NCBI GenBank assembly: GCA_016861265.1
Contig: BOLA01000001.1
Coordinates: 459,569-523,568, forward strand
Reading direction: 5' to 3'
Source: Patescibacteria group bacterium
GTDB lineage: Bacteria > Patescibacteriota > Dojkabacteria > J137
Length of the DNA stretch: 64,000 nt
This document shows positions 38,501 to 47,226 of the stretch, one piece after another. The notes beneath the pieces were generated by a model, which did not search any database, was not told the origin of the DNA, and saw only the letters and a list, made by a program, of their open reading frames with translations. A program made the position numbers and the translations under genes. The stretch's first letter is position 1, and each line of letters opens with the position of its first letter.

Positions 38501-39538
38501 TCATTAGGAGAGCCTGCAACACAGTTAACTCTAAAATCTAAATCAGATGCTAGAGCAGGTAGTGCAGACATTACTCAAGGTTTACCTAGAGTAGAGGAAT
38601 TACTAGAAGCTAGAACACCAAAAGCATTATCTTTATTATCCGATATTTCCGGTGTAGTAAAAGTAATTGACGATAAGAAGAAGGTTGTAATTAGAGTAAC
38701 TGGTGAAAAGAAGATGTCAAAGAAATACACTCTTGATAACGCAGAAAACATTGTTGTAAAAAATGGAAAAACTGTAAAGACTGGAGATGTATTAGCCGTA
38801 GTAAAGAAGAAAGAATTACAGGCAGAATTTGGAGGTGTAGTGACCGTTGAAGGCAACTCGATTACTTTGGATGGCTCAAAGGAAGTTGAAGTAGAAAAAG
38901 AAACTGAAAGCTTAATTAACTTAGTAGTTAAAGATGGCCAGACTGTAGAAAAAGGAGATCAATTAACATTTGGTTCAATTGACCCTAAGGAATTAGCTAA
39001 ACTAAAGAGTATTGAAGAAGCACAAAAGTACATTATTAAAGGTGTTCAAGAAGTATTAGGTATTTCTGGTATTGAAGTAGACGACAAGCACTTAGAAATT
39101 GTTGTAAGACAAATGGCAAGATATGGAATGGTTTCTGACAGCGGTGATAGTGAGGAATACTTACTAGGAGACTATGTAGATATTCTTGATCTAGAAACTG
39201 AAAACCAGAGACTTGCAGAGGAAAAGAAGAAGCCTATAAAGGCAGTTAGAGTATTAATGGGAGTTACAAACTCAGCATTAAGAACCGAAAGCTTCTTATC
39301 TGCTGCATCATTTGAACAGCAAGTTAGAGTATTAACAGATGCTGCTTTAATTGGTAAGATAGACCATTTGAGAGGATTGAAAGAAAATGTTATAATCGGC
39401 AGACCTGTTCCACTTGGAGACGAGTTAAAGAGAAAACTAGGTCTAATTGAAGAGGAATCTGAGGAATTAGACGAACCAGATATGGATGAGCAGAATGAAG
39501 ATTCTTTAAATACTTTAGGAACAAACGATAATTTATAA
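35579..39538 (+). CDS. rpoC: DNA-directed RNA polymerase subunit beta'
   Basis: 1319 aa with a zinc finger ([20 protein letters not shown]) and the NADFDGDQM catalytic motif. Confidence 0.97.
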   Translation: [1319 protein letters not shown]

Positions 39539-39555
39539 AATATTTTAATTAAACT

Positions 39556-40020
39556 ATGGCAAGAGTTTCGCAATTAGTTAGAAAGGGAAGAAGTCCAAAG
39601 ACTAAGACTGTTAGATTTAAAGGACTATTATTCTCTGAAGACGATAAAATTAAATCAATGCACTTCAATTACAATGGTGTAAAGAACAAGTACTACATGA
39701 GTCCTAACCCATTCAGAAGAGGAGTTTGCATTTCTGTAAAAACAATGACGCCTAAGAAACCTAACTCTGCTTTAAGAAAGATTGCGAGAGTAAGACTTTC
39801 AAACAAGCAAATTGTGACTGCATATATTCCAGGAGAAGGACATAACCTTCAGGAGCACTCTGTTGTTCTTTTAAGAGCCGGAAAAAAACCAGACCTACCG
39901 GGAGTAAAATTCCAGGTAGTAAGAGGTGTTTACGATGCAGCTCCAGTTGAGAGCAGAAGACAGGCTAGAAGTAGATACGGAAGAAAAAAGCCTAAAGCAG
40001 GCGAAGGCGCAAAAAAATAA
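39556..40020 (+). CDS. rpsL: 30S ribosomal protein S12 with a ~28-aa N-terminal-region insertion
   Basis: [10 protein letters not shown]...[35 protein letters not shown] is the canonical S12 core. An extra segment ([29 protein letters not shown]) follows the N-terminal helix. Confidence 0.9.
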   Translation: MARVSQLVRKGRSPKTKTVRFKGLLFSEDDKIKSMHFNYNGVKNKYYMSPNPFRRGVCISVKTMTPKKPNSALRKIARVRLSNKQIVTAYIPGEGHNLQEHSVVLLRAGKKPDLPGVKFQVVRGVYDAAPVESRRQARSRYGRKKPKAGEGAKK

Positions 40021-40200
40021 GACTTAATAAAGTCCCTAGCAAGTAAGAACATTACCTGTTAAGTCTTTTTTCTATAAGATATCTGCCTTAATTGAATTGT
40101 TTAGCTAAAGCTAAAAATAAATAAAACTGTAAGTAAAGAAGAGTATTCCGAAAGGGAGAACTTTGTAATTTACATAATTCTTAAATATTAATATAAAAAA

Positions 40201-40668
40201 ATGAGAGGAAAGAGAGCACCAGTAAGACCACTGAAGCCAGATGAAGTTTACGGAAGTGAATTAGTTTCAAAATTTGTAAACTATGTGATGTTAGACGGTC
40301 AAAAACAAACTGCTAGAACTATTGTTTACAAGGCAGTAGAGGATTTAGCAAATAGAACAAAGACAAAGGGCACAGAAGCTTTAGAGAAGGCAGTAGAAAA
40401 TGTAAGACCAAAAATCGAAGTTAGAAGTAGAAGAATTGGAGGAGCAAACTTTCAAGTTCCTGTACAAGTAAGTGACAAAAGACAAACAGCTTTAGCTCTT
40501 AAATGGATTATCGAAGCTGCAAGATCCTCAAGAAAGAACACAGAATTCTGGGTTGTTTTATCAAGAGAATTACAGAATGCATACAATAAAGAAGGTTCTG
40601 CAATTAAGAAGAAAGATGAAGTTGTTAGAATGGCTGAAGCAAACAAAGCATTTGCTCAATTTGCTTAA
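40201..40668 (+). CDS. rpsG: 30S ribosomal protein S7
   Basis: Canonical S7 sequence (MRGKRAPVRPLKPDEVYGSELVSKFVNYVMLDGQKQTARTIVY), 155 aa. Confidence 0.9.
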   Translation: MRGKRAPVRPLKPDEVYGSELVSKFVNYVMLDGQKQTARTIVYKAVEDLANRTKTKGTEALEKAVENVRPKIEVRSRRIGGANFQVPVQVSDKRQTALALKWIIEAARSSRKNTEFWVVLSRELQNAYNKEGSAIKKKDEVVRMAEANKAFAQFA

Positions 40669-40694
40669 TACATAGCTATTTTAGAAGTTATAAC

Positions 40695-40716
40695 CCCGCG
40701 AAAGCGGGGTTTTTTA
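40695..40716 (+). terminator. Rho-independent terminator after rpsG
   Basis: CCCCGC-GAAA-GCGGGG hairpin with a GNRA loop, followed by TTTTTTATTT. Confidence 0.8.
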
Positions 40717-40800
40717 TTTCAAAATTTAGTTATCGCCAACTAAAGGCGACTGACACCAAGCCAGAAGAACCCCTATAGCATTGCAAAACAAAGACAAAAT

Positions 40801-40841
40801 GTGTTAAAACATTTTGACACTTGAATTTTATTAATTATTAT
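40801..40841 (+). promoter_or_regulatory. Promoter (TTGACA-N16-TATTAT) overlapped by a 20-bp imperfect inverted repeat upstream of the TrmB-family gene
   Basis: Inverted repeat GTGTTAAAAcaTTTTGACAC at 40801..40820, whose right arm contains the -35 (40814..40819). The -10 TATTAT lies at 40836..40841, only 8 nt from the ATG, suggesting a leaderless mRNA. This is a candidate autoregulatory operator. Confidence 0.4.
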
Positions 40842-40849
40842 CTTTATTT

Positions 40850-41641
40850 ATGAATCTAAAAGTAGACAAGTCTGTTAAGAACTTCCTATTGGATTTCGGA
40901 TTAACAGATAAAGAGATTACCGTATATACAACTCTCCTTAAGACAGGGCCAAACACCATCATGAATTTGGCAAGAGAAACTGGCATTAAAAGATCAACAA
41001 CTCATAATACAGTTGAAGAATTAATCAAGAAGGGGTTAGTGAGCCAAACTAACTATGGAGAGAGAAGAATGGTAATAGCAGAAGACCCAGACAAACTAAA
41101 GTTCTTAATGGAACAGAAGAAGTGGGATATAAATAAATTGGAGAAGAATTTGCCAGAAATCATTTCCACTATTACAGCCGCCTTACCTAATAGCAACTCC
41201 GATGACAATAAAATGGAGGTAAAATACTACACTGGAATTAAAGGTGTACAGTATATATATTCAGAAGCTGCCAAATCCAAAGAACTAAGGTCATATGTAA
41301 ACATATCTAGAATATTTGAAACATTTCCTGAAAATCCCCAGCTATTCCCAGACAATGTAACAAAAGGATTACAAATGTGGGAATTTATTGAAGATTCACC
41401 CATTTCAAGAGAGTATGTCTCCAAACTTAATAGTGCTAACTACCGATACAAATTTTTTCCAAAAAAAATGAATATGGATGTATTTGATTATATGATTTTT
41501 GACAATAAAGTTGCCATTATTACCTCAGACCACATGAACCATGTTACGGGGATACTGATACAGAATAAAAATGTATACGAAAACGCTAAGTTCGTGTTTG
41601 AAATGACATGGGAGTTAGCACCTATACCAAATATTAAATAA
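40850..41641 (+). CDS. TrmB-family transcriptional regulator
   Basis: The N-terminal winged helix (FLLDFGLTDKEITVYTTLLKTGPNTIMNLARETGIKRSTTHNTVEELIKKGLV) matches the TrmB helix-turn-helix. It also has a C-terminal effector-type domain. Confidence 0.65.
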   Translation: MNLKVDKSVKNFLLDFGLTDKEITVYTTLLKTGPNTIMNLARETGIKRSTTHNTVEELIKKGLVSQTNYGERRMVIAEDPDKLKFLMEQKKWDINKLEKNLPEIISTITAALPNSNSDDNKMEVKYYTGIKGVQYIYSEAAKSKELRSYVNISRIFETFPENPQLFPDNVTKGLQMWEFIEDSPISREYVSKLNSANYRYKFFPKKMNMDVFDYMIFDNKVAIITSDHMNHVTGILIQNKNVYENAKFVFEMTWELAPIPNIK

Positions 41642-42668
41642 AGGTAGCCCAGTACATTTTTCGTTCTATGGTAGGTTTGAATTTCAATTTAAATTCATCT
41701 AAAGATTTGAATTCAGACCCACCTAAATTTAGATACTTTACCCCCATAGCTTCTAGCTTTAAAAGCAAGTCAAACATCAAAAAATCAGTCAGGTAATTAT
41801 CAACTTCTCTATCAGTAATAGTAGCGTATAAAGATGCCAATTCTTTACTTTGATGCTCGACAATATACATTCCAATCGGGTCATCTTCCTTGTAAATTAT
41901 TGTTTGAGTATAGATATCATCTGGTCCATGAAAATCAATAATATTGTGGTAGTCCTCAGGTCTAGAAATTAAGTATTCCCGCTGTTTAAAAAATTTTGCA
42001 ACTAATTCCCTGGAATCCTCTTTATTTTCAAAGATACTTTTGAATGAGTAAATATTATCATTTTTAGTCTTTAGGTAGTTTCGAAGCGATCTATTCAATT
42101 GTCTAGTTCTACCCAAACTTCTCGCTAATTCTATAGTTTTGTTTACATCAAGTATTCTTTCAGGATAAGTATCATCCTCTGAGGGGACATCATTTTGCCA
42201 AGGACTTAATTTAACATCAGAAAAGCCTTTTGAAATTAAAGTATCATAATCCCCTTTAAATATCTTCTTAACATATGTTCTTGTACCGAACTTAGTCTTT
42301 ACTATATCTGCCAGTTTGATAATGATGTCAATATAGTCTTTTCCCATTGGCCTAACGATATAGAAAGGAATGACATCCTCATGATGCAGCTTAGGATAGA
42401 AACAAAGTGAAATCAGATTCTCCCCATCATAATATTTATATCCGATTCCATAATCTCCAATTCCATACATTCCTTGTATAATGTATGTCCATGCATTACC
42501 ATAAGTTTCAGGAGACGCAACAAAGAACTTTTTATAAAGTTCATAATCTCCGGGACTAATGGGTGTTATATTTGTCATATCCAGTGACAACTCTGACATC
42601 ATCTCATTTGCTTTTTTCAGCGGATTCATAAAGACCTTGTTTATAAAAGGATCAAGCGATTTTAACAT
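41634..42668 (-). CDS. Hypothetical GNAT-fold protein, possibly DUF2156/FemAB-like (aminoacyl-tRNA-dependent transferase-like)
   Basis: 344 aa. It has a YELYKKFFVASPETYGNAWTYI N-region and a C-terminal LNLGGSEFKSLDEFKLKFKP, reminiscent of LPG-synthase-C/Fem-family folds. This is a weak assignment. Confidence 0.3.
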   Translation of the reverse strand: MLKSLDPFINKVFMNPLKKANEMMSELSLDMTNITPISPGDYELYKKFFVASPETYGNAWTYIIQGMYGIGDYGIGYKYYDGENLISLCFYPKLHHEDVIPFYIVRPMGKDYIDIIIKLADIVKTKFGTRTYVKKIFKGDYDTLISKGFSDVKLSPWQNDVPSEDDTYPERILDVNKTIELARSLGRTRQLNRSLRNYLKTKNDNIYSFKSIFENKEDSRELVAKFFKQREYLISRPEDYHNIIDFHGPDDIYTQTIIYKEDDPIGMYIVEHQSKELASLYATITDREVDNYLTDFLMFDLLLKLEAMGVKYLNLGGSEFKSLDEFKLKFKPTIERKMYWATFI

Positions 42669-42699
42669 ATTTCAAAATATATTCCGATGATCACTTATT

Positions 42700-43467
42700 T
42701 TAATTAATTAAATTCCACTGAAAATCAAATAACTCTCTTGATATCTCATAAAATGATCTGTTCTCAATTACGACGGCATGTGGATTAGGGAAACCATATA
42801 CAATAGCAACATTCCCGTCATAGATTAAATAATCCATGGAGTCGAATTTGACGGATAAGGGTAAATTCTTAATTTGAAAATTAGGATATATTCTTGAGAA
42901 CTCTTTGACAGGCTCCTCAATGAAACTATCGAAATGATGGAAATCCCAAAGTTTCAAACCATTGACAACCCTTTTCATAAATCGTTCCCAATTTAAAGGA
43001 AATACCTTTATAATTTCTTTTGCATTCACATAGGTACGAACCTCTTTCGATTCTAGAATCCTATCGTATAACCAATCAATTGAGTCAATATTTGTAAAAT
43101 ACTTAACTTGTGTTTCTGTAGCTTCTTTAATAAAGGATGTTTCTCTATATATAGACTCTATTAATGGTTGCATCATAAGTGACTTCTTTTTAAGAATTTG
43201 CTCTTCTCGTTCCAAGATACTCATTAAACTTTCAGGTGATAAACCTTTTAACTTTCTCTTAGCTTTAACTTGCAACTCTACTACTATTCCTACTTCCTTC
43301 AACTTTTCACATAACAAATGAGCGCTTGTGCGATTCAAATTCAACCTGTTAGACAATTCCATCACAGATGCGGGACCAGAACGAAGCAGAGACAAGTAAA
43401 TTTGGGATTCTTTCTCAGATAAACCAAATTGTTTCAGAAGAACGAAAACTGTGCTCATGTTAACCAA
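42700..43467 (-). CDS. TrmB-family transcriptional regulator (second copy)
   Basis: LLKQFGLSEKESQIYLSLLRSGPASVMELSNRLNLNRTSAHLLCEKLKEVGIV matches the TrmB helix-turn-helix. Domain architecture is similar to 40850..41641. Confidence 0.6.
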   Translation of the reverse strand: MVNMSTVFVLLKQFGLSEKESQIYLSLLRSGPASVMELSNRLNLNRTSAHLLCEKLKEVGIVVELQVKAKRKLKGLSPESLMSILEREEQILKKKSLMMQPLIESIYRETSFIKEATETQVKYFTNIDSIDWLYDRILESKEVRTYVNAKEIIKVFPLNWERFMKRVVNGLKLWDFHHFDSFIEEPVKEFSRIYPNFQIKNLPLSVKFDSMDYLIYDGNVAIVYGFPNPHAVVIENRSFYEISRELFDFQWNLIN

Positions 43468-43611
43468 GACTTAACAATTTAATATACAACATTTATAAAG
43501 CCCTGCAGAGTTGCCTATAGGACTAAATTCTGTTGTAAAAATTATAACATTTGTTGTCTAAAATATAACAACAATACACATTGAAAACCACATTGGAAAT
43601 ATAATCAATAC

Positions 43612-43884
43612 ATGAATAAAACAAATCTAGGTCAACGTATCAAATATTTTCGAAAACGCTCAAAGCTATCTCAAATGGAGCTAGAGCTTCGAATAAATGC
43701 CTCCTTTGGAAGTGTTAGTAGAATGGAGAACGGGATTACAAATCCAACTAAGGAAACACTATTTTCAATTGCAGAGGCTCTTGAACTTTCTGCAGTTGAA
43801 ACAGCTACTTTGTTTGGAATAAATATTTCAGAAGAGAACACTGACTTTATAACTGAGTTATTTGATAATATTTTTCAAGTTTAA
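43612..43884 (+). CDS. XRE-family helix-turn-helix transcriptional regulator
   Basis: LGQRIKYFRKRSKLSQMELELRINASFGSVSRMENGITNPTKETLFSIAEAL matches the Cro/C1-type helix-turn-helix. Confidence 0.7.
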   Translation: MNKTNLGQRIKYFRKRSKLSQMELELRINASFGSVSRMENGITNPTKETLFSIAEALELSAVETATLFGINISEENTDFITELFDNIFQV

Positions 43885-45670
43885 AGCCCCTATTAGCGTA
43901 GTATTCCCTTGTACCTATACTAGAGATCACAGCCAGTTTAGCAAAACCACCTTCAACTGATATTTCTTTAGCTTTCTCTATTAATTTTGTTCCTAGACCC
44001 AAGTGCTGAGCCTGACCAGTAGAATCCTTGCTTAATTCCATACTAGGACCATAGACATGAATCTCTCGAATAATTGCACAGTCGTTTAGCTCATCGGTTA
44101 TTATATTCTGTTTACTCTTAGGTAAAGACAGCCTTAAAAAACCAGCTATTTCGTTTTTAGCAGTCACAAATTGCAAAAAGAACTCATTAGTTAATTCAGT
44201 AGAATAGGGCACTATTTTCAGGCTTAAATCTTCAAATTTCAGGCTCTTTGACTTAACTTCCCTTGCCCTAATATTATCGTTTTTCCTTCCTTCTGATTTT
44301 AGTTTAAATTCAACCACTTCTCTTAAATTTGTAGTTTTATTACCATCTGCGATTTCTGTTGATGGAATATCCCTAATTATTCTTGTAAGTCTGCAGTATT
44401 CGGGAGTAGATTCCATACAATCAGCTATTAAATTAACTAATTGCTCCGAAGTATATGGAACATACTTGCCTTGCTCCCATAAAGTATACAGCTCTGTGTT
44501 TTTTATTATTGAGGTAGGATAAATTTTTAGTTCGTCCGGCTTATACTCGGGACTATCGAACAATTCTCTATATACACTTAGGTCCAGCTCAGGTGTTGAA
44601 CCATACAAGTTGGGCATAATATGTGCGTGAATTTTAAAACCACCTGCTCTAAGTAACTGAAAGGCCTTTGAGGTATCAATTCGATGTTCGCCCCTTTTAT
44701 TTAAATCACTGATTTTATCGTCCAGAGTTTGTATTCCTAGTTGAATTTTAGTCGTCCCTAACTTCCTTAAGTCTAGTACCTCTTTGGGTGTAATAGTGTC
44801 AGGTCTTGTTTCTAATACTAAACCAACGCATCTGCAGTTGCATTTAGAATTAATATCCTGCTGCTCATTTAAAGCTTCCCAAGTAATGTCTTTCTCAGGA
44901 ATTATCTTGCTAGAAAACTCTTCTTTAAATTCCTTGGTTTGAATAAGCTGGTTATATGGCTTGTTGCCGTAAATAGTCCTTAGATTATCATTAAAGTCAT
45001 TTTTTAAATCCCCTCTAATATCTATATTCTTTAATTCTTCAACATTTTGATTTTCTACGTCAATTTGCTCTTCGTATTTTCTACTAAAGTCGTTCATTGC
45101 CCTAAAACATTCATGAATAAACCATATTTTGTAGCTCTTTGAATAGTAGCTCCAGGTTCCCCCCAAAATTAACAATTCAATTTTCTGAGTAGGGTGACCA
45201 ATATTCTTTAGTGCCTGTAGCCTATTAAAAACCTGCCCGTATGGACTGAACCTATTCATTAAGGCTCTTTGAGCTCCCGGTTCGCTGGCGATATAACTTT
45301 TAGGCATTCTTACATCGTTAGGGCAGAATATGCATTGGCCTGGACATGCGAACGGCTTAGTAAGCACTGTTACCGTAGTCACTCCGGATGCCGTTCGCAT
45401 AGGTTTTAGTTTTATGGCATCAATTATGTCTTCAAAGCGTTCAATATCGGTAGGCTCGAAGCCAGCTTCGATTGCATTTTCAGAGATTGCAAAGAATTTT
45501 AGTCCTGCAATCAGATTATCTCTGCTAAAAATCTCATTTTTATCTTTAGGGTGTCGTTTTAAAATCTTATCCAATTCCCGTAAGGTAAATTCTTCTTTAG
45601 ATAAAATTTCAAATATTATCGAACTTAATTCTGTTTTATATTTTTCTACTGAAAAGCTATAGTTTTGCAT
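43847..45670 (-). CDS. elp3: Elp3-family radical SAM / GNAT protein (putative tRNA uridine-34 carboxymethyl-modification enzyme)
   Basis: Radical-SAM CX3CX2C motif (FACPGQCIFCPN) and an Elp3-like TIM-barrel region. The C-terminal GNAT/KAT domain (REIHVYGPSM...QHLGLGTKLIEKAKEIS) mirrors eukaryotic and archaeal Elp3. Confidence 0.75.
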   Translation of the reverse strand: MQNYSFSVEKYKTELSSIIFEILSKEEFTLRELDKILKRHPKDKNEIFSRDNLIAGLKFFAISENAIEAGFEPTDIERFEDIIDAIKLKPMRTASGVTTVTVLTKPFACPGQCIFCPNDVRMPKSYIASEPGAQRALMNRFSPYGQVFNRLQALKNIGHPTQKIELLILGGTWSYYSKSYKIWFIHECFRAMNDFSRKYEEQIDVENQNVEELKNIDIRGDLKNDFNDNLRTIYGNKPYNQLIQTKEFKEEFSSKIIPEKDITWEALNEQQDINSKCNCRCVGLVLETRPDTITPKEVLDLRKLGTTKIQLGIQTLDDKISDLNKRGEHRIDTSKAFQLLRAGGFKIHAHIMPNLYGSTPELDLSVYRELFDSPEYKPDELKIYPTSIIKNTELYTLWEQGKYVPYTSEQLVNLIADCMESTPEYCRLTRIIRDIPSTEIADGNKTTNLREVVEFKLKSEGRKNDNIRAREVKSKSLKFEDLSLKIVPYSTELTNEFFLQFVTAKNEIAGFLRLSLPKSKQNIITDELNDCAIIREIHVYGPSMELSKDSTGQAQHLGLGTKLIEKAKEISVEGGFAKLAVISSIGTREYYANRGFKLEKYYQITQL

Positions 45671-45790
45671 CTGGCAATTTTACCATACTATAGGCCATTA
45701 TAGTTTTTAGGTTGATTATTTCAAAGCAATCAAATTATTCAAAAAAACGTAATTGCGTTCTGATAAAATAGAGTAGATTAAGCTGAATTT

Positions 45791-46477
45791 ATGGATTTAT
45801 ATTCTACATACGCACAAGAATTTTCAAATACAAGACAGGCCCCATGGGATGGCTGGAAGCACCTTTTAAAATACCTAAAAGATGTGCCGCACCCCAAGAT
45901 ACTTGATTTAGGCTGTGGGAATGGTCGATTCCTAAAGTATTTGATTAATTCTGAAATTGATATTGGAGCCTATGTGGGCATAGATAATTCCTCAGAACTT
46001 TTGAAAATGACCGATGAATTCATGGATAAGACTAGAAAGTCCAATAATTTGTCAAAATTCCAACTATTAAACATCGATTTTGAAAACTTAAACTGGGGAA
46101 CAGAAGTAACCGATCAATTCGACTTTATCGGAGCCTTTGGAATTACACATCACTTAAAATCTGTAGAAAGTCGCAAGAAGTTTTTTGAAACGGTAAATTA
46201 CTTACTAAAGCCAGGAGGTTTTTTTGCAGTTACATTTTGGGAATTTTTAAAACTCGAAAGATATGCCAATAAAATTACTCCTGTAACAATCGACGGTTCA
46301 AAAAATGATTTTGAAATGACATTTGGTACTAATGGAGCAAAACGATTCTGTCATTACTACAACCCTCTAGAAATAATAGAGTACACACATAATCTACCTT
46401 TCAAACAAATTGAAGAATTTAACGAAGATGGCGTAGAAAATAATCAAAACCATTATATTGTTTATAAAAAGAATTAA
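45791..46477 (+). CDS. trm9: Trm9/ALKBH8-like SAM-dependent tRNA methyltransferase
   Basis: Alignable to yeast Trm9: YAQEFSNTRQAPWDGW (compare YNEIAPHFSQTRYKPWPIV), ILDLGCGNGRFL (compare IDVGCGNGKYL) and GITHHLKSVESRKKFFETVNYLLKPGG...TFWEF (compare AVVHHWSTRERRVEVIRHVLSKLRQGG...YCWALEQ). Confidence 0.6.
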   Translation: MDLYSTYAQEFSNTRQAPWDGWKHLLKYLKDVPHPKILDLGCGNGRFLKYLINSEIDIGAYVGIDNSSELLKMTDEFMDKTRKSNNLSKFQLLNIDFENLNWGTEVTDQFDFIGAFGITHHLKSVESRKKFFETVNYLLKPGGFFAVTFWEFLKLERYANKITPVTIDGSKNDFEMTFGTNGAKRFCHYYNPLEIIEYTHNLPFKQIEEFNEDGVENNQNHYIVYKKN

Positions 46478-47145
46478 TGGATTTTAGAAGAAATACAGGA
46501 ACAAGAAGTTTAAGTACTCGTAAATTTAACACCAAGATACAGGTTTTCAGGGACAATTACCTAAACATAAAATCCATAATTAAGTTTTTGCTGCCGTTTA
46601 TTATTGTTCTTGCTGTTACTCCCATTGCACTTGTATATTTAGTAAATATCACCTATCAAAGAAGAACAATCACTACAGATTCAGAGATTCCGCTTGAATT
46701 AAGAACTGGTGTAGTAATTTTAAAACAATCAGATATTCTGTATGACTTTGATAATGCAAAGAAAATTATCGACCTTGTAAAAGATTTGTATTCAAAAAAA
46801 AGAGTTACCCAAGTCTTAATTATTTCCTATAACAACGATAGAGCAATTATCCCGTCGATTGAACCCTATCAACAGTTTTTCAAAGATATACCCACAGATA
46901 ACTACAAAATTGATATCTCTACAAATTCAATAACAGAGGCGTGCGATGTTATTAAGAACAAATACAGCATTCAGAAGTTTGTATTAAGCTCCTATGGAAA
47001 CTTACTACCTAGATTAAGTTTTGCATGTAGTTTTCAAGATCTATATGTAAAGCCATATCTTCCTAAAGATCTTTATATAATTACCCCTGCAGATGACTTT
47101 AACGAAACACTAGATCTTGTATTAAAAACTATATTCCCCGAATAA
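46477..47145 (+). CDS. Membrane-anchored hypothetical protein, possibly DUF218/SanA-like
   Basis: N-terminal TM helix and weak resemblance to SanA/YdcF. Its start overlaps the trm9-like stop (TAATG), indicating translational coupling. Confidence 0.3.
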   Translation: MDFRRNTGTRSLSTRKFNTKIQVFRDNYLNIKSIIKFLLPFIIVLAVTPIALVYLVNITYQRRTITTDSEIPLELRTGVVILKQSDILYDFDNAKKIIDLVKDLYSKKRVTQVLIISYNNDRAIIPSIEPYQQFFKDIPTDNYKIDISTNSITEACDVIKNKYSIQKFVLSSYGNLLPRLSFACSFQDLYVKPYLPKDLYIITPADDFNETLDLVLKTIFPE

Positions 47146-47226
47146 GATTCTTACTCTTATTGAACAATAAATTACTTAAATCCGTGGCGAGTCCGTTGTA
47201 GAATGTAATTAAGTTAAAAAATTATT

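Noticed and set aside
32351-39573. Several 60-133-aa antisense ORFs within rpoB and rpoC (32351..32539, 33035..33385, 33461..33673, 34121..34303, 37033..37341, 38575..38856, 39172..39573)
   Set aside because: All lie antisense within rpoB and rpoC, which are conserved essential genes. Products are compositionally biased and lack RBS. These are shadow ORFs.
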